A stretch of 62,486 bases of DNA from Planctomycetota bacterium (GTDB lineage Bacteria > Planctomycetota > Planctomycetia > Pirellulales > Pirellulaceae), in assembly GCA_023430365.1 (NCBI GenBank), contig JAEZAS010000509.1, positions 1 to 62,486 of the forward strand, in the 5' to 3' direction. A model generated the notes under the pieces. It was not told where the DNA came from and ran no database searches. It saw only the letters and a list, made by a program, of their open reading frames with translations. Every line of letters begins with the position of its first letter. The stretch's first letter is position 1. Shown here piece after piece: positions 29,317 to 37,869 of this stretch. A program made the translations under genes and the position numbers.

Positions 29317-30423
29317 TTACCAGGCGCGGAACAACGAGCGCCGGCCGCTCGACTTCGGCGGCGCTTCTCCATTAATCAGCGTATCGGTCTCTGCGGTGTC
29401 TTCTTCAGCCGTGGGCTCGGCGGTCGCCGGGTCAGCGGCGGCCGGAGCCAGGGTGTTCGGGGCGACAGGCGTCAGCGGAGCTCCGCCCATGACCGCCTGC
29501 TCCGTGGGCATCGAATTGCGATCGGTCCACTCGTACTGCTTCACATCCGAGGGGCCGAAGACGGTCATCACGAAACCCGCCTTGGGTGTTTCAGGAGCGG
29601 CTACCGGCGCCGGAGGCGTCTGGACGGCCGACTTGATCGCATCGAGGAAGGAGGGACCGGTGCTGGCGACCTGCGTGTCGGCATCTGGCTCCTCATCGTC
29701 GCCGTTCTTCGACTTGCCGTTGAGGATGTCGGCGAGCGACGTGACGTCTTCTTCGCTGCCGTCGCTCACTTCGCCCGGGTGACGCAGGACGAGGAAGATC
29801 TTGCCGATCTGTCCGGCCATCGCCAGTTCGCGAGCCTGGTCCGGCTTCACGAGCAGCGAGACCGTACGAGCCTGGATTTCCTTGCCCTTGTCATCGACCG
29901 AGCGTTCCGTGTTCGAACCAACCGCGAACACGCGCACGTTGCGAAGGATCGTATGCGTTCCGGTGCGAAGCACTTCTTCGCTGCGCCGCAGGAAGACGTT
30001 CACATCGACGCGATCGCCCGGGGCAATGCCCTTCAGCACGGTGTCTTCTTCAATACGGACCGGCATCACGCGAAAACCTTCGGGAATGCGGGTCGCCGAG
30101 TTGTCGGTGCTGTCGCTGATCTTGGCCTGAATGATCGGCTCGCCCTTATAGAAGCGCTGGAGGGCGAACTTGTTCTCGACGTCGTTCAGGCTGGTGATCG
30201 CCCCTTCGGGGACTTTCATCTTGGGCCATTCCTCGAGCTTCACGTTCGAGGCGTCGAGCTTGGCGTTGATATCGATATCGGAGAGAGCGACAAGGATCTG
30301 AGCCATCTCGAGTTGCGGTGTCGCGCGGGTGCCGCTGCCTTGCAGCACCTGGCTGATGCCGATCGACGCGACGAGGCCGCAGCCCAGGGCGATAAAGATC
30401 AGAATCAGCGATTTCATTCGCAT
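29317..30423 (-). CDS. cpaB: Flp pilus assembly protein CpaB/RcpC (SAF domain)
   Basis: N-terminal TM (LILIFIALGCGLVASIGI), SAF/ChapFlgA region VALSDIDINAKLD..., RcpC-like core RVMPVRIEEDTVLKGIAPGDRVDV; Pro/Ala-rich C-terminus. Confidence 0.8.
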   Translation of the reverse strand: MRMKSLILIFIALGCGLVASIGISQVLQGSGTRATPQLEMAQILVALSDIDINAKLDASNVKLEEWPKMKVPEGAITSLNDVENKFALQRFYKGEPIIQAKISDSTDNSATRIPEGFRVMPVRIEEDTVLKGIAPGDRVDVNVFLRRSEEVLRTGTHTILRNVRVFAVGSNTERSVDDKGKEIQARTVSLLVKPDQARELAMAGQIGKIFLVLRHPGEVSDGSEEDVTSLADILNGKSKNGDDEEPDADTQVASTGPSFLDAIKSAVQTPPAPVAAPETPKAGFVMTVFGPSDVKQYEWTDRNSMPTEQAVMGGAPLTPVAPNTLAPAAADPATAEPTAEEDTAETDTLINGEAPPKSSGRRSLFRAW

Positions 30424-30524
30424 CGCGACGTTCCTAACTCAAAGGCGGTCGTTGTACCTGCGGCCACCCCTCGGATTTGGAGGGGAAACATTCCATCAAT
30501 CCGCCCTGATCCTTGGGCGATCCG

Positions 30525-31040
30525 TTACTGCACGCTCTCGCGGCGCATCACCGTGGAGGCAGTAAGGGTTTTCCCTCCTAAAAACATTGGCGATGGAAGC
30601 CAGCTGACTTGATTAAAAGGAACGGAGACCGTCACGCTCACCGGGTCGCCGAAGGCGGCATTGCTGGGCGGATTTGGACTAACCGTTATCGTCGCACCCT
30701 TGATGGCCCCACTCGTCAGGTAGCTGTTTACGGCATTGCGCACTTCGTTGGTCGTGGCGCCGTCGAGAACCGCCTGCCGAGCCCCCTCGCGGGAGGCGTT
30801 GGTGATGACTTGCTGCACCATCACCATTCGGCCGAACTCGATCATTCCGAACACGAGCAGGAAGAACACCGGGACCACGACCGCAAACTCTACGGTGGCA
30901 GCGCCCAGACGGAATCTTCGGAACGACCGGCAAGGTCGCTCCACCTTCCGCCCCGCATGCGGAACACCTTCGCCAGAATGCCCAGATGGCCGCTCAGCGA
31001 TAATGGTGCGCGAACCCGTCGTGGTATCGAATCGGCTCAT
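30525..31040 (-). CDS. TadE-like pilus assembly protein (pseudopilin-like)
   Basis: TadE motif AATVEFAVVVPVFFLLVFGMIEFGRMVMVQQVITNASREGAR. Start ATG at 31040 overlaps the cpaA stop (ATGA). Confidence 0.6.
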   Translation of the reverse strand: MSRFDTTTGSRTIIAERPSGHSGEGVPHAGRKVERPCRSFRRFRLGAATVEFAVVVPVFFLLVFGMIEFGRMVMVQQVITNASREGARQAVLDGATTNEVRNAVNSYLTSGAIKGATITVSPNPPSNAAFGDPVSVTVSVPFNQVSWLPSPMFLGGKTLTASTVMRRESVQ

Positions 31041-31606
31041 ACCAGCTTCCCCATCCAGATGAAGTAACCAATGGTGCCCATCGCGATCGGAATGCCGTAA
31101 GGCAGGAGCAGCATCGAGCTTTTCCGCTGGGCGGCGATCGTTGCTAGCTGCTCGGGATTTTTGATGACCATGATCTCGTTCAAGATCAGCCAGAACTGTT
31201 CGGTGTGCTTCTTCATCGAGCGACGGTAGAGCACCATGGCGACCGCTAGCACCGCGCCGATGACGGCGGTCCAAGCGAAGGCGTACGTGGTGTCCATCAC
31301 CCAGACCCAGGCGCCGACGCCGGCGAGCAGCTTCACGTCGCCGGCTCCCATGCCGCCGATCGCGTAGGCCGGCATCAGCAGAGCCAGGCCGACGATCGTG
31401 CCCAGCAGGCTCCAGCCGAGACCTTCGAGGCCGAAGGCGGCGAAGCTGTAGACCCAGCCGCTCATGATGAACGGAAACGTGATCCAGTTCGGAACCTTCA
31501 GTTCAAATCCGTCGATCACTGCCGCGACGATCAAGGTGATAGTCACCAGCCAGATCGGCCAGTTCTCAACAATGGCAGTGCCGAAAGCGGCAGCAAGATC
31601 GAACAT
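31037..31606 (-). CDS. cpaA: A24-family prepilin peptidase CpaA/TadV
   Basis: ATG at 31606 preceded by GGAGAG. 5-6 TM helices with conserved Asp in AAVIDGFELKVPN and GGMGAGDVKLLAGVGAW. Confidence 0.75.
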   Translation of the reverse strand: MFDLAAAFGTAIVENWPIWLVTITLIVAAVIDGFELKVPNWITFPFIMSGWVYSFAAFGLEGLGWSLLGTIVGLALLMPAYAIGGMGAGDVKLLAGVGAWVWVMDTTYAFAWTAVIGAVLAVAMVLYRRSMKKHTEQFWLILNEIMVIKNPEQLATIAAQRKSSMLLLPYGIPIAMGTIGYFIWMGKLV

Positions 31607-31898
31607 CGGAACTCTCTCCCCGTTTAAAACCTTTCGCCCTGGCGGCCGGCGATCATGCCGGCCAGGTCTTAGCGCAGTGCGAACAAATAGCTCAGTAATG
31701 CAACGACCATCGTGCAACCGTAGCACACCATTTCCCACCCGCCCGCAAGCGAGTCGATTGGCAGCGCTGTGTACATCTGTGGTCAGCTCCAGCGAACGTT
31801 CATGGGATCGAGAAAGCGGCCTTAGCGCCGGCACGGGGCCGACCGCTCGCGCACCTTCTACGCAAGACTAGGTCACGTTTTTGCGCGCGGCCTGCAAC

Positions 31899-32049
31899 TC
31901 TCCGTCCCAGGCTCCCGCCTGGGAGGGAACTAGCCGGTGGCTCAGCCTCCGAGCACCGCGAGGACGGATTGCAGCGGATGCTCCGCTCGCAGGGCGGGCG
32001 AGGCGGAGCCTCGCGTTAGTTTCGTCCAAGGCTGGAGCCTGGGACGGAG
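31899..32049. mobile_element. MITE-like element (family c), copy 1, about 150 bp with 25-bp terminal inverted repeats
   Basis: Left end CTCCGTCCCAGGCTCCCGCCTGGGA, right end TCCAAGGCTGGAGCCTGGGACGGAG; internal GCGAGGCGGAGCCTCGC hairpin. Confidence 0.6.
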
Positions 32050-32208
32050 CGGTAGAAGCAGCAATTGCCGGTTTCTTGCGGTCCGCGCAGCGATGCCCCC
32101 TCGACAAATGCAGCCGGTCGGCTGAAATCGGTCGAGGGGAGCATGGATGTCAATCGCCAGCCGCAGCCATCAGGCATACGGCTGGCGAAATGTCGACGTC
32201 GCGAGCGA

Positions 32209-32388
32209 CTAGGCGCCTGGCAGCTTCTTGGCGACGCTGTCGAACGTAATGTTCGCGTTCGTGCCGATGGCCTGAATGGCCGTCAAGCAGACGATCACGA
32301 TGAGGGCCAGCATCACGGCGTATTCCACCGCGGTCGGGCCATCTTCAGAAGCCAGGAAACGTTGCACTTTCGAAGCGAAGCTCTTCAT
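32209..32388 (-). CDS. flp: Flp/Fap-family pilin
   Basis: ATG at 32388 with GGAGGAG upstream. MKSFASKVQRFLASEDGPTAVEYAVMLALIVIVCLTAIQAIG is the Flp prepilin motif (G/XXXXEY) plus a hydrophobic helix. Confidence 0.75.
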   Translation of the reverse strand: MKSFASKVQRFLASEDGPTAVEYAVMLALIVIVCLTAIQAIGTNANITFDSVAKKLPGA

Positions 32389-32985
32389 GTTTACTCCTCC
32401 AGTCGTGCCTGCTGCCGCGTGTGCAGCAGACAGTAGCCGACCAAACAAAGGACCGACCGAGTCATAGTCCGCCGCTGACGGTTGGTTCCGTCGGCCTGCC
32501 TTGCGAAGGACCGCGACTCAACTAGGTAATAGCTCGCCTCGCCATCGTCTTCCCGTGTGCAGGTAACCGCGAATCCACCGGAGCGGATTCAGCGGAACAC
32601 CCCTTCGGTAGCTCGGCTTCCGACATGAACCTCGCAGCTCATGGCGGCCCGTGGCTTTGCGCACTCGGCATTGCTGCCGGTTTGCCCTTATCGGGGATGT
32701 GAGGCGGCAGGCCATCACAGGATCCGTCAGCCACATTCCGGCGAAGCAGCTAGTGCTTCGTGTTTTCCGGAGGCGGCTGACGCTCCCACGGTCAGCGTCA
32801 CTTCGATGTCTAAGCACCGCAGTGAACCCTGACACCGCAAACCTAGGTCAACTTTGCCGGGTGTCAAATTTGGGGCTTTAGGGAATTCAGAAGATTCTTT
32901 GCGGTTTTTCGCCCGCGCATCTCATGCAGCAGCGGAGCAACCGGCAGAATCGTTAGAAGCAGGCCCCGGGGGGCGTTCCCAACGT

Positions 32986-33144
32986 CCGAATCTCCGTCCC
33001 CGGCTGCCCGCCTGGGACGAAATGGACGCGAGGCTCCTGCCTCGCCAGGCCCGATAGCTGGGCTTTGCGTGGCAGCCCGCCTTTGCGGGGCTCGGAGGCG
33101 GAGCCTCCGGTTGATTTCGTCCCAGGCTGGAGCCTGGGACGGAG
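32986..33144. mobile_element. MITE-like element (family c), copy 2
   Basis: CTCCGTCCCCGGCTGCCCGCCTGGGA ... GGAGGCGGAGCCTCC ... TCCCAGGCTGGAGCCTGGGACGGAG, in the same orientation and architecture as copy 1. Confidence 0.6.
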
Positions 33145-33271
33145 GATTTCTGGATCAGGGGCCGAAGTCCGGCCAAGACGCTCAACCCTAGCTTCGCACA
33201 GGCGTGGGCTGGCTGTTAGCGCAAAAGAAAACCCACCGCTTGCAGCAGTGGGCAATCGATTCTTCCAGAAG

Positions 33272-33355
33272 TGCGGGTGAGAGGACTTGAACCTCCACGA
33301 CCTTGCGGCCACAAGAACCTGAATCTTGCGCGTCTGCCAATTCCGCCACACCCGC
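33272..33355 (-). tRNA. tRNA-Leu (anticodon CAG)
   Basis: Reverse complement reads GCGGGTG-TG-GCGGAATTGGCAGACGC-G-CAAGA-TTCAGGT-TCTTG-TGGCCGCAAGGTCGTG-GAGGTTCAAGTCCTC-TCACCCGC-A: 7-bp acceptor stem, D-arm, CAG anticodon loop, long variable arm typical of Leu, T-arm GGTTCAAGTCC. Confidence 0.85.
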
Positions 33356-33511
33356 GTGTGCCAGGCAGCCGTGAAACTGCCTAGAGTTCCATTTATAGGC
33401 CAAACTCCCGGTAACGGGCAAGGGGACCCGGGGAGGGGGAATTCAGATTTCAGATTTAGGATTTCTGATTTGGGACGCGGCCGATTCTGGATCCGCTTTC
33501 CGAATTCCGCC

Positions 33512-33853
33512 TTAATACCGCGGTACGGCCGGGTCGATTTCCTGCGACCAGGCGTCGATGCCGCCGGTCATGTTTTGGACCTGGGTGAAGCCCTGTTGCT
33601 GGAGCCAGGCCTGGACTCGGGCGCTGCGGCCCCCGTGGTGGCAATGAACGACGATCCGCTCGTTCTTGTGCGGTTCGAGTTCCTGGAGGCGGGTGGGAAT
33701 TTGCTGCATCGGGATGCGGACGGTTCCGTCGATCGCCGCGGTGGCGATTTCGCCCGGCTCGCGCACGTCGAGCAGCACGAACTTCTCTCCCTGATCTTGC
33801 AGTTGCTTGACGCCTTTGACGTCGATTTCGGCAGGCAATGGCTGGTTGGTCAT
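33512..33853 (-). CDS. Rhodanese-domain sulfurtransferase
   Basis: Single rhodanese domain with active-site loop VVHCHHGGRSARVQAWLQQQGF (CxxGxR). Confidence 0.8.
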   Translation of the reverse strand: MTNQPLPAEIDVKGVKQLQDQGEKFVLLDVREPGEIATAAIDGTVRIPMQQIPTRLQELEPHKNERIVVHCHHGGRSARVQAWLQQQGFTQVQNMTGGIDAWSQEIDPAVPRY

Positions 33854-33941
33854 GGTCTGGATTGTTTTGGTTGAAGTTGTCTCGGAGTCGGCGCCCGGCG
33901 GGTTCGCAGCCCAATGGCTGTCAGCAACGCGTGCCGCTGGC

Positions 33942-34598
33942 TTACGCCGCCTGGGCCGCTTTCAGCCGCAGGTAGGGGCGCATTTTAAACACTGCCAGGG
34001 CGAACAGGCCGATGAGCGTACCGCGAATCACAAGAGTCACCAGAGCCCCCACCAGGAAGGTGGCCTGCTGTTCGGCATTCAGGGTCCGCGACACGATAAA
34101 CAACTGCCACAGCGCCACGGCGAGGCTGAATAGCGACGAAATAAGCGTCAGAAAGCCGAGGACGACGCCCCAACGCCGTTGCCTCAGCATGCCGATGTTG
34201 CCCGCAATGCCAAAGAGCACAATCGCCGCCCCGGAAAGGATCTCGAACGGGGCCGTCAGAAAAATCGGATTCCCCATGAACTCCGGAGGAATTCGGATCC
34301 AGTTCATCGTGCCGTAAATCACTATGGGGATGCGCAGCACAGCCAGGATCAGGCTGATAATGAACATGACCACGCAGAACGTGGGCATCTTCAGCGTGGT
34401 CTCAGGCAACGGAGCGTACGCCTGCAAGGGAGTGGCGTACGGGTTCAGCGGCGGCAGCGACGAATGGGACATGAGCAAGGCCAGCCATGTGAAATTGGGG
34501 AAAACTGCCGAAACCGAATACTGTTGTGACCGCACGCCGGAAACAACACAACCCACCCGTTGGGGGTATTGTAGGTTTCGAAGCCCAAAAGGCTGCAA
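33942..34598 (-). CDS. Hypothetical polytopic membrane protein
   Basis: 4-5 hydrophobic helices; the start is probably internal (MSHSSLPP... or MPTFCVVMFIISL). Confidence 0.4.
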   Translation of the reverse strand: MQPFGLRNLQYPQRVGCVVSGVRSQQYSVSAVFPNFTWLALLMSHSSLPPLNPYATPLQAYAPLPETTLKMPTFCVVMFIISLILAVLRIPIVIYGTMNWIRIPPEFMGNPIFLTAPFEILSGAAIVLFGIAGNIGMLRQRRWGVVLGFLTLISSLFSLAVALWQLFIVSRTLNAEQQATFLVGALVTLVIRGTLIGLFALAVFKMRPYLRLKAAQAA

Positions 34599-35598
34599 CC
34601 GATTGCCGAATTTGGGTTTAGGGCCGATTCCTTGTCCTTCCTCCCCCTAGTAAGCCGCACTGCAGATACAACCGGTGTGTCGGCCGAAATATTTTTTTCG
34701 TCTCGCGCGAACCTTCCGGTCGATAGCCCGTCTTAGCGGTATCGACGTTCTGACCGAGCGGGCGCTCAGACTGTTCTCTGCTGGTGACAGCGGGAATAAT
34801 GAGCGTTGCGACTGGATCAGTTCAGTCGTAAGCTTGCTCTAGAGCGGTTGACTCCACCAACGGGGTGGAGCGCAAGCCTGAGTGGGATGAGTTCTCGGCC
34901 TCGCCGGCCGGACTCCGCATCGCCTGGCGATCGGTTCCCCTCTATCTCAACCGCCTTGTTGTAGTCTCTCTCGCACTGCGCGGAAAACGCAGCGGAGGAA
35001 TGTGTCATGCGTAACGTCAATCGTGCCCAGGTCAACAACGTCGTCGCGAACGTCGTCGTCGTGGATCGCCAGGACCGTCAGGTCATGGTCGGCATGATTA
35101 CGGTGCGCGAACACCTCCCGACATTTCCGCGCCTTCATCGACCGCGCTTCTTGGAAGCGGGCTCGGGTTATTGGCTAGGCGGCGGAGCGCTTCCATCGAA
35201 GCGCTCAGCAGCAGCCAGTAAACCGGCTATTCGGCCCGGCAGTGACCAAACGTGTCACATGACCGGGCGATGCTCCGGCGGTCGGCGTCTGCCGTGTTTC
35301 AGGAGCGAGTGCAGGAGGGGGTAATCCCTCGAGGCCGAGTCGCGGTGAAATCACCCGACGACTCAAAATAGCCTCGAGAAACCCATCTCTGCATTCTCTC
35401 CGACGAAAGCGGACGCCTCAGCCGAGCCTGGCCAGTGGGACTGCGTATGCACGCGTCTCCGCTCAGCCACTCGCCGCTGCCGGTTCGCTTCTCGGTCCAC
35501 ATGCACAGTGCCCGGTCCGCTTGCAGCAAAGCGCCCTCGTAGCAGGTGCGCTTGCTCGGCAAGGCGGGCCAGGTCAGGCGAGAGAGAATCTTCACCCA

Positions 35599-36171
35599 AT
35601 GGCTACTATCACCTTCACTGACGAAAAGACTGAACTGATCTGCCTTGTTGAAGCCGCCCAGTTGGGCGACCGCGAGGCCTTTGGCGAGCTGTTCGCTCGG
35701 TTCGAGCGGCACGTGCTGGCGATCGCGATCCGTCGGCTGGGCGACTATGGCGAGGCGCAGGAACTGTGCCAGGACGTGTTCATCCAGGCGATGGAGAAGA
35801 TCGATCAGCTGCGGACTCCGGAGGCGTTTCCGGGCTGGCTCCGGTCGATCACCAATCGGATGGCGATCAACCGGATCGTCCGCCGGACTCCGGATCAGGC
35901 GATGGAGAGCGGCGCGCTCGAGCTCAACTGCGTTGAGACCGAGACTCCGCTCGACACCGCCCTGGGCGAGGAGCGTCAGAACCACGTTCGCGCGGGACTG
36001 AAGCGGCTCGGCCGGCTGGACCGCGAGACGCTGGTGGCCTTCTACGTCGATGGCCGCAGCCTGAACGAGATGGCGGACGAGTTTGAGGCTCCGGTGGGAA
36101 CCATCAAGCGTCGTCTGCACGTTGCGCGGAAGCGGCTGGCGAAGCAGGTCGAGGACCTGGTGGCGATCTAG
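35599..36171 (+). CDS. ECF sigma-70 family factor
   Basis: Start at MATITF. Region 2 (ELCQDVFIQAMEKIDQLRTPEAFPGWLRSITNRMAINR) and region 4 (LVAFYVDGRSLNEMADEFEAPVGTIKRRLHVARKRL). Confidence 0.8.
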   Translation: MATITFTDEKTELICLVEAAQLGDREAFGELFARFERHVLAIAIRRLGDYGEAQELCQDVFIQAMEKIDQLRTPEAFPGWLRSITNRMAINRIVRRTPDQAMESGALELNCVETETPLDTALGEERQNHVRAGLKRLGRLDRETLVAFYVDGRSLNEMADEFEAPVGTIKRRLHVARKRLAKQVEDLVAI

Positions 36172-36337
36172 GCTCCGGGCCCTGGTCGCAACTCGGATGT
36201 TTTGACTTCTGGACAGTAACGGGGGCGGCCGCAGCGATGGCTGCGGCCGCATAAAAAGAGTTGTTGGCGTCATGATCCGGTTGCAGCAGTCTGTTGGCTG
36301 CGATCAGCTGGATTGCGACGACACGCTCGACCTATCA

Positions 36338-36392
36338 AGAGCGGTCGACGGTCTGCGTTCTGGGACGCGGGCGGTCGGCCGCTCTTTTTCTT
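36338..36392 (+). terminator. Putative rho-independent terminator
   Basis: AGAGCGGTCGAC ... GTCGGCCGCTCT followed by TTTTTCTTT; preceded at 36222..36250 by a perfect 29-bp palindrome GCGGCCGCAGCGATGGCTGCGGCCGC. Confidence 0.4.
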
Positions 36393-36619
36393 TGCAATTT
36401 TGTTTGACCGCGGTTTGCAAACCGGTTTAGGATCAAAAGCGCTCCTCTGAAACGACCTCTTCGAATGCCAGCGTTCGTTCGACCGCTGCGGGATGGGCGG
36501 TTGGTTCATGGCTACCTTGGGTAGCGACACGCGACAGGTCCGGCACACGAAGTCGGGCTTGGAGCTCCGCCAGACGCCTGGTGTGGTGTACGTCCATGCC
36601 TCGCGAGGGAGACGCATTC

Positions 36620-37099
36620 ATGGCTGGAGTTACGAGCACGCGCACGGTGACCCTCAACCCGGCGTTTCTGCAGGAAATCAAAGAGGTCAACGAAGAGCTG
36701 TGGCAATTGCTCGACGAGTTGCGTCAGTGTGTCCGCCGACCGATCGGACCGGCACAGTGCCGGCTGATCGTGGAGCGGTTGGCCACGCTGCGAGACCAGT
36801 TGGCGTTGCACTTCGCCCTGGAGGAAGCGTTTGGCTATTTCGAGGATCCAGCCTACGTGTCGCCGGGGATTAGCGAGTCGGCCGAGAAGCTGCGGCAGGA
36901 GCATCGCACGCTGTATGTGCGGCTGAACGATCTGGTCGAGCGGGCCGAGGATTTGTCGTACGACCTGCAGCTGACGGCGCTCGCACGGTGGATCGGTCCG
37001 CAGTTCGAGCAATTCGACGCGGCGTTTCGCCAGCATGAATCGCGCGAGAATGAACTGATCATGGACGCGCTCGAAGTGGACCTCGGCGGCGAACACTAA
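36620..37099 (+). CDS. Hemerythrin-like metal-binding domain protein (tentative)
   Basis: H/E-rich pairs LALHFALEEAFGYFE and FRQHESRENELIMDALE resemble hemerythrin HHE cation-binding motifs. Confidence 0.4.
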   Translation: MAGVTSTRTVTLNPAFLQEIKEVNEELWQLLDELRQCVRRPIGPAQCRLIVERLATLRDQLALHFALEEAFGYFEDPAYVSPGISESAEKLRQEHRTLYVRLNDLVERAEDLSYDLQLTALARWIGPQFEQFDAAFRQHESRENELIMDALEVDLGGEH

Positions 37100-37114
37100 A
37101 GCGTGCGTGACAGG

Positions 37115-37864
37115 CTACAGCGCAGCGACGGCTTCGCAGTCGTCGCGCGTGATTCGACCGTCGTGCAAGGCGGAGGCAACCAAAGCGGCCGAGCAACCGG
37201 CCTCGGCCAACTCGCGCAAATCGCCCATGTGTCGAACGCCGCCGCCGGAGATGAACTCGATGCGAGGGAACTCGCTCTTCAGCTGGCGACAGAGATCGAG
37301 CGTGCGCGAACCATGCCCGGTCCCTACGTCGGCCAGATCGAGCACGATGATCCGGTGAAACCCCGCTCGCACGGCCGCCGTCGCCCAGTCGAAGGATGAC
37401 AGCGATTGATCCGCGGTATTGCGGGCCAGCGGAACTCCCTCGCGCAGATCGAGGCTAAAAATCGAATCGGCGCCGGCCGCCTGATGCAATTCGGAAAGCA
37501 GCTTGAGAGAGCCGACCGATTCGAGCCCGATGACCGGCGATCCCTTGATCGCAGCCCGCTGCAAGGTCTCGCACACGAAGCGGGCGCGCTGCGCGCTGCC
37601 GATTCCGGCATCGAGCCAGAGCGGAACGCCCGCGTCGGCAATCGCCCGCCAGCACGCGATATCCGGCTCGCCGGTCTCGATGGCGTCGAGATCCGCGACA
37701 TAGAGAAACGGGGGCGAGAAGGTCGTGGAAAGTGCTGCCGCAACGGCCTCCGGCTCGGAACCGCTGACGAGCGAACTCACCAGCGGCCGATAGTCCTCTC
37801 GCCGTCCGCCAATGCCGCGAACGACCTGACCGCGGCGCAGATCAATGACCGGGACGATTCGCAT
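37115..37864 (-). CDS. HisA/HisF-family (beta/alpha)8 barrel protein
   Basis: MRIVPVIDLRRGQVVRG ... GGGVRHMGDLRELAEAGCSAALVASALH; the phosphate-binding motifs match HisA/HisF-like enzymes. Confidence 0.65.
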   Translation of the reverse strand: MRIVPVIDLRRGQVVRGIGGRREDYRPLVSSLVSGSEPEAVAAALSTTFSPPFLYVADLDAIETGEPDIACWRAIADAGVPLWLDAGIGSAQRARFVCETLQRAAIKGSPVIGLESVGSLKLLSELHQAAGADSIFSLDLREGVPLARNTADQSLSSFDWATAAVRAGFHRIIVLDLADVGTGHGSRTLDLCRQLKSEFPRIEFISGGGVRHMGDLRELAEAGCSAALVASALHDGRITRDDCEAVAAL

Positions 37865-37869
37865 CGCCG

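Noticed and set aside
29269-30612. 447-aa plus-strand ORF
   Set aside because: Antisense to cpaB.
31868-33351. ORFs 31868..32107, 31881..32249, 31937..32125, 32922..33185, 32953..33351
   Set aside because: They read straight through the family-c MITE copies and the tRNA-Leu; this is repeat translation, not genes.
35007-35324. 105-aa plus-strand ORF with a good GGAGGA RBS
   Set aside because: The product is low-complexity (NVVANVVVVDRQDRQ...) and the ORF runs antisense into the 5' end of the next-region ORFs. It is possibly a real small protein, but the evidence is too weak to list as a feature.
36270-36617. 115-aa minus-strand ORF ending at the 29-bp palindrome
   Set aside because: Arg/Pro-rich low complexity with no start context, even though a terminator-like palindrome follows it. 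Treated as intergenic.
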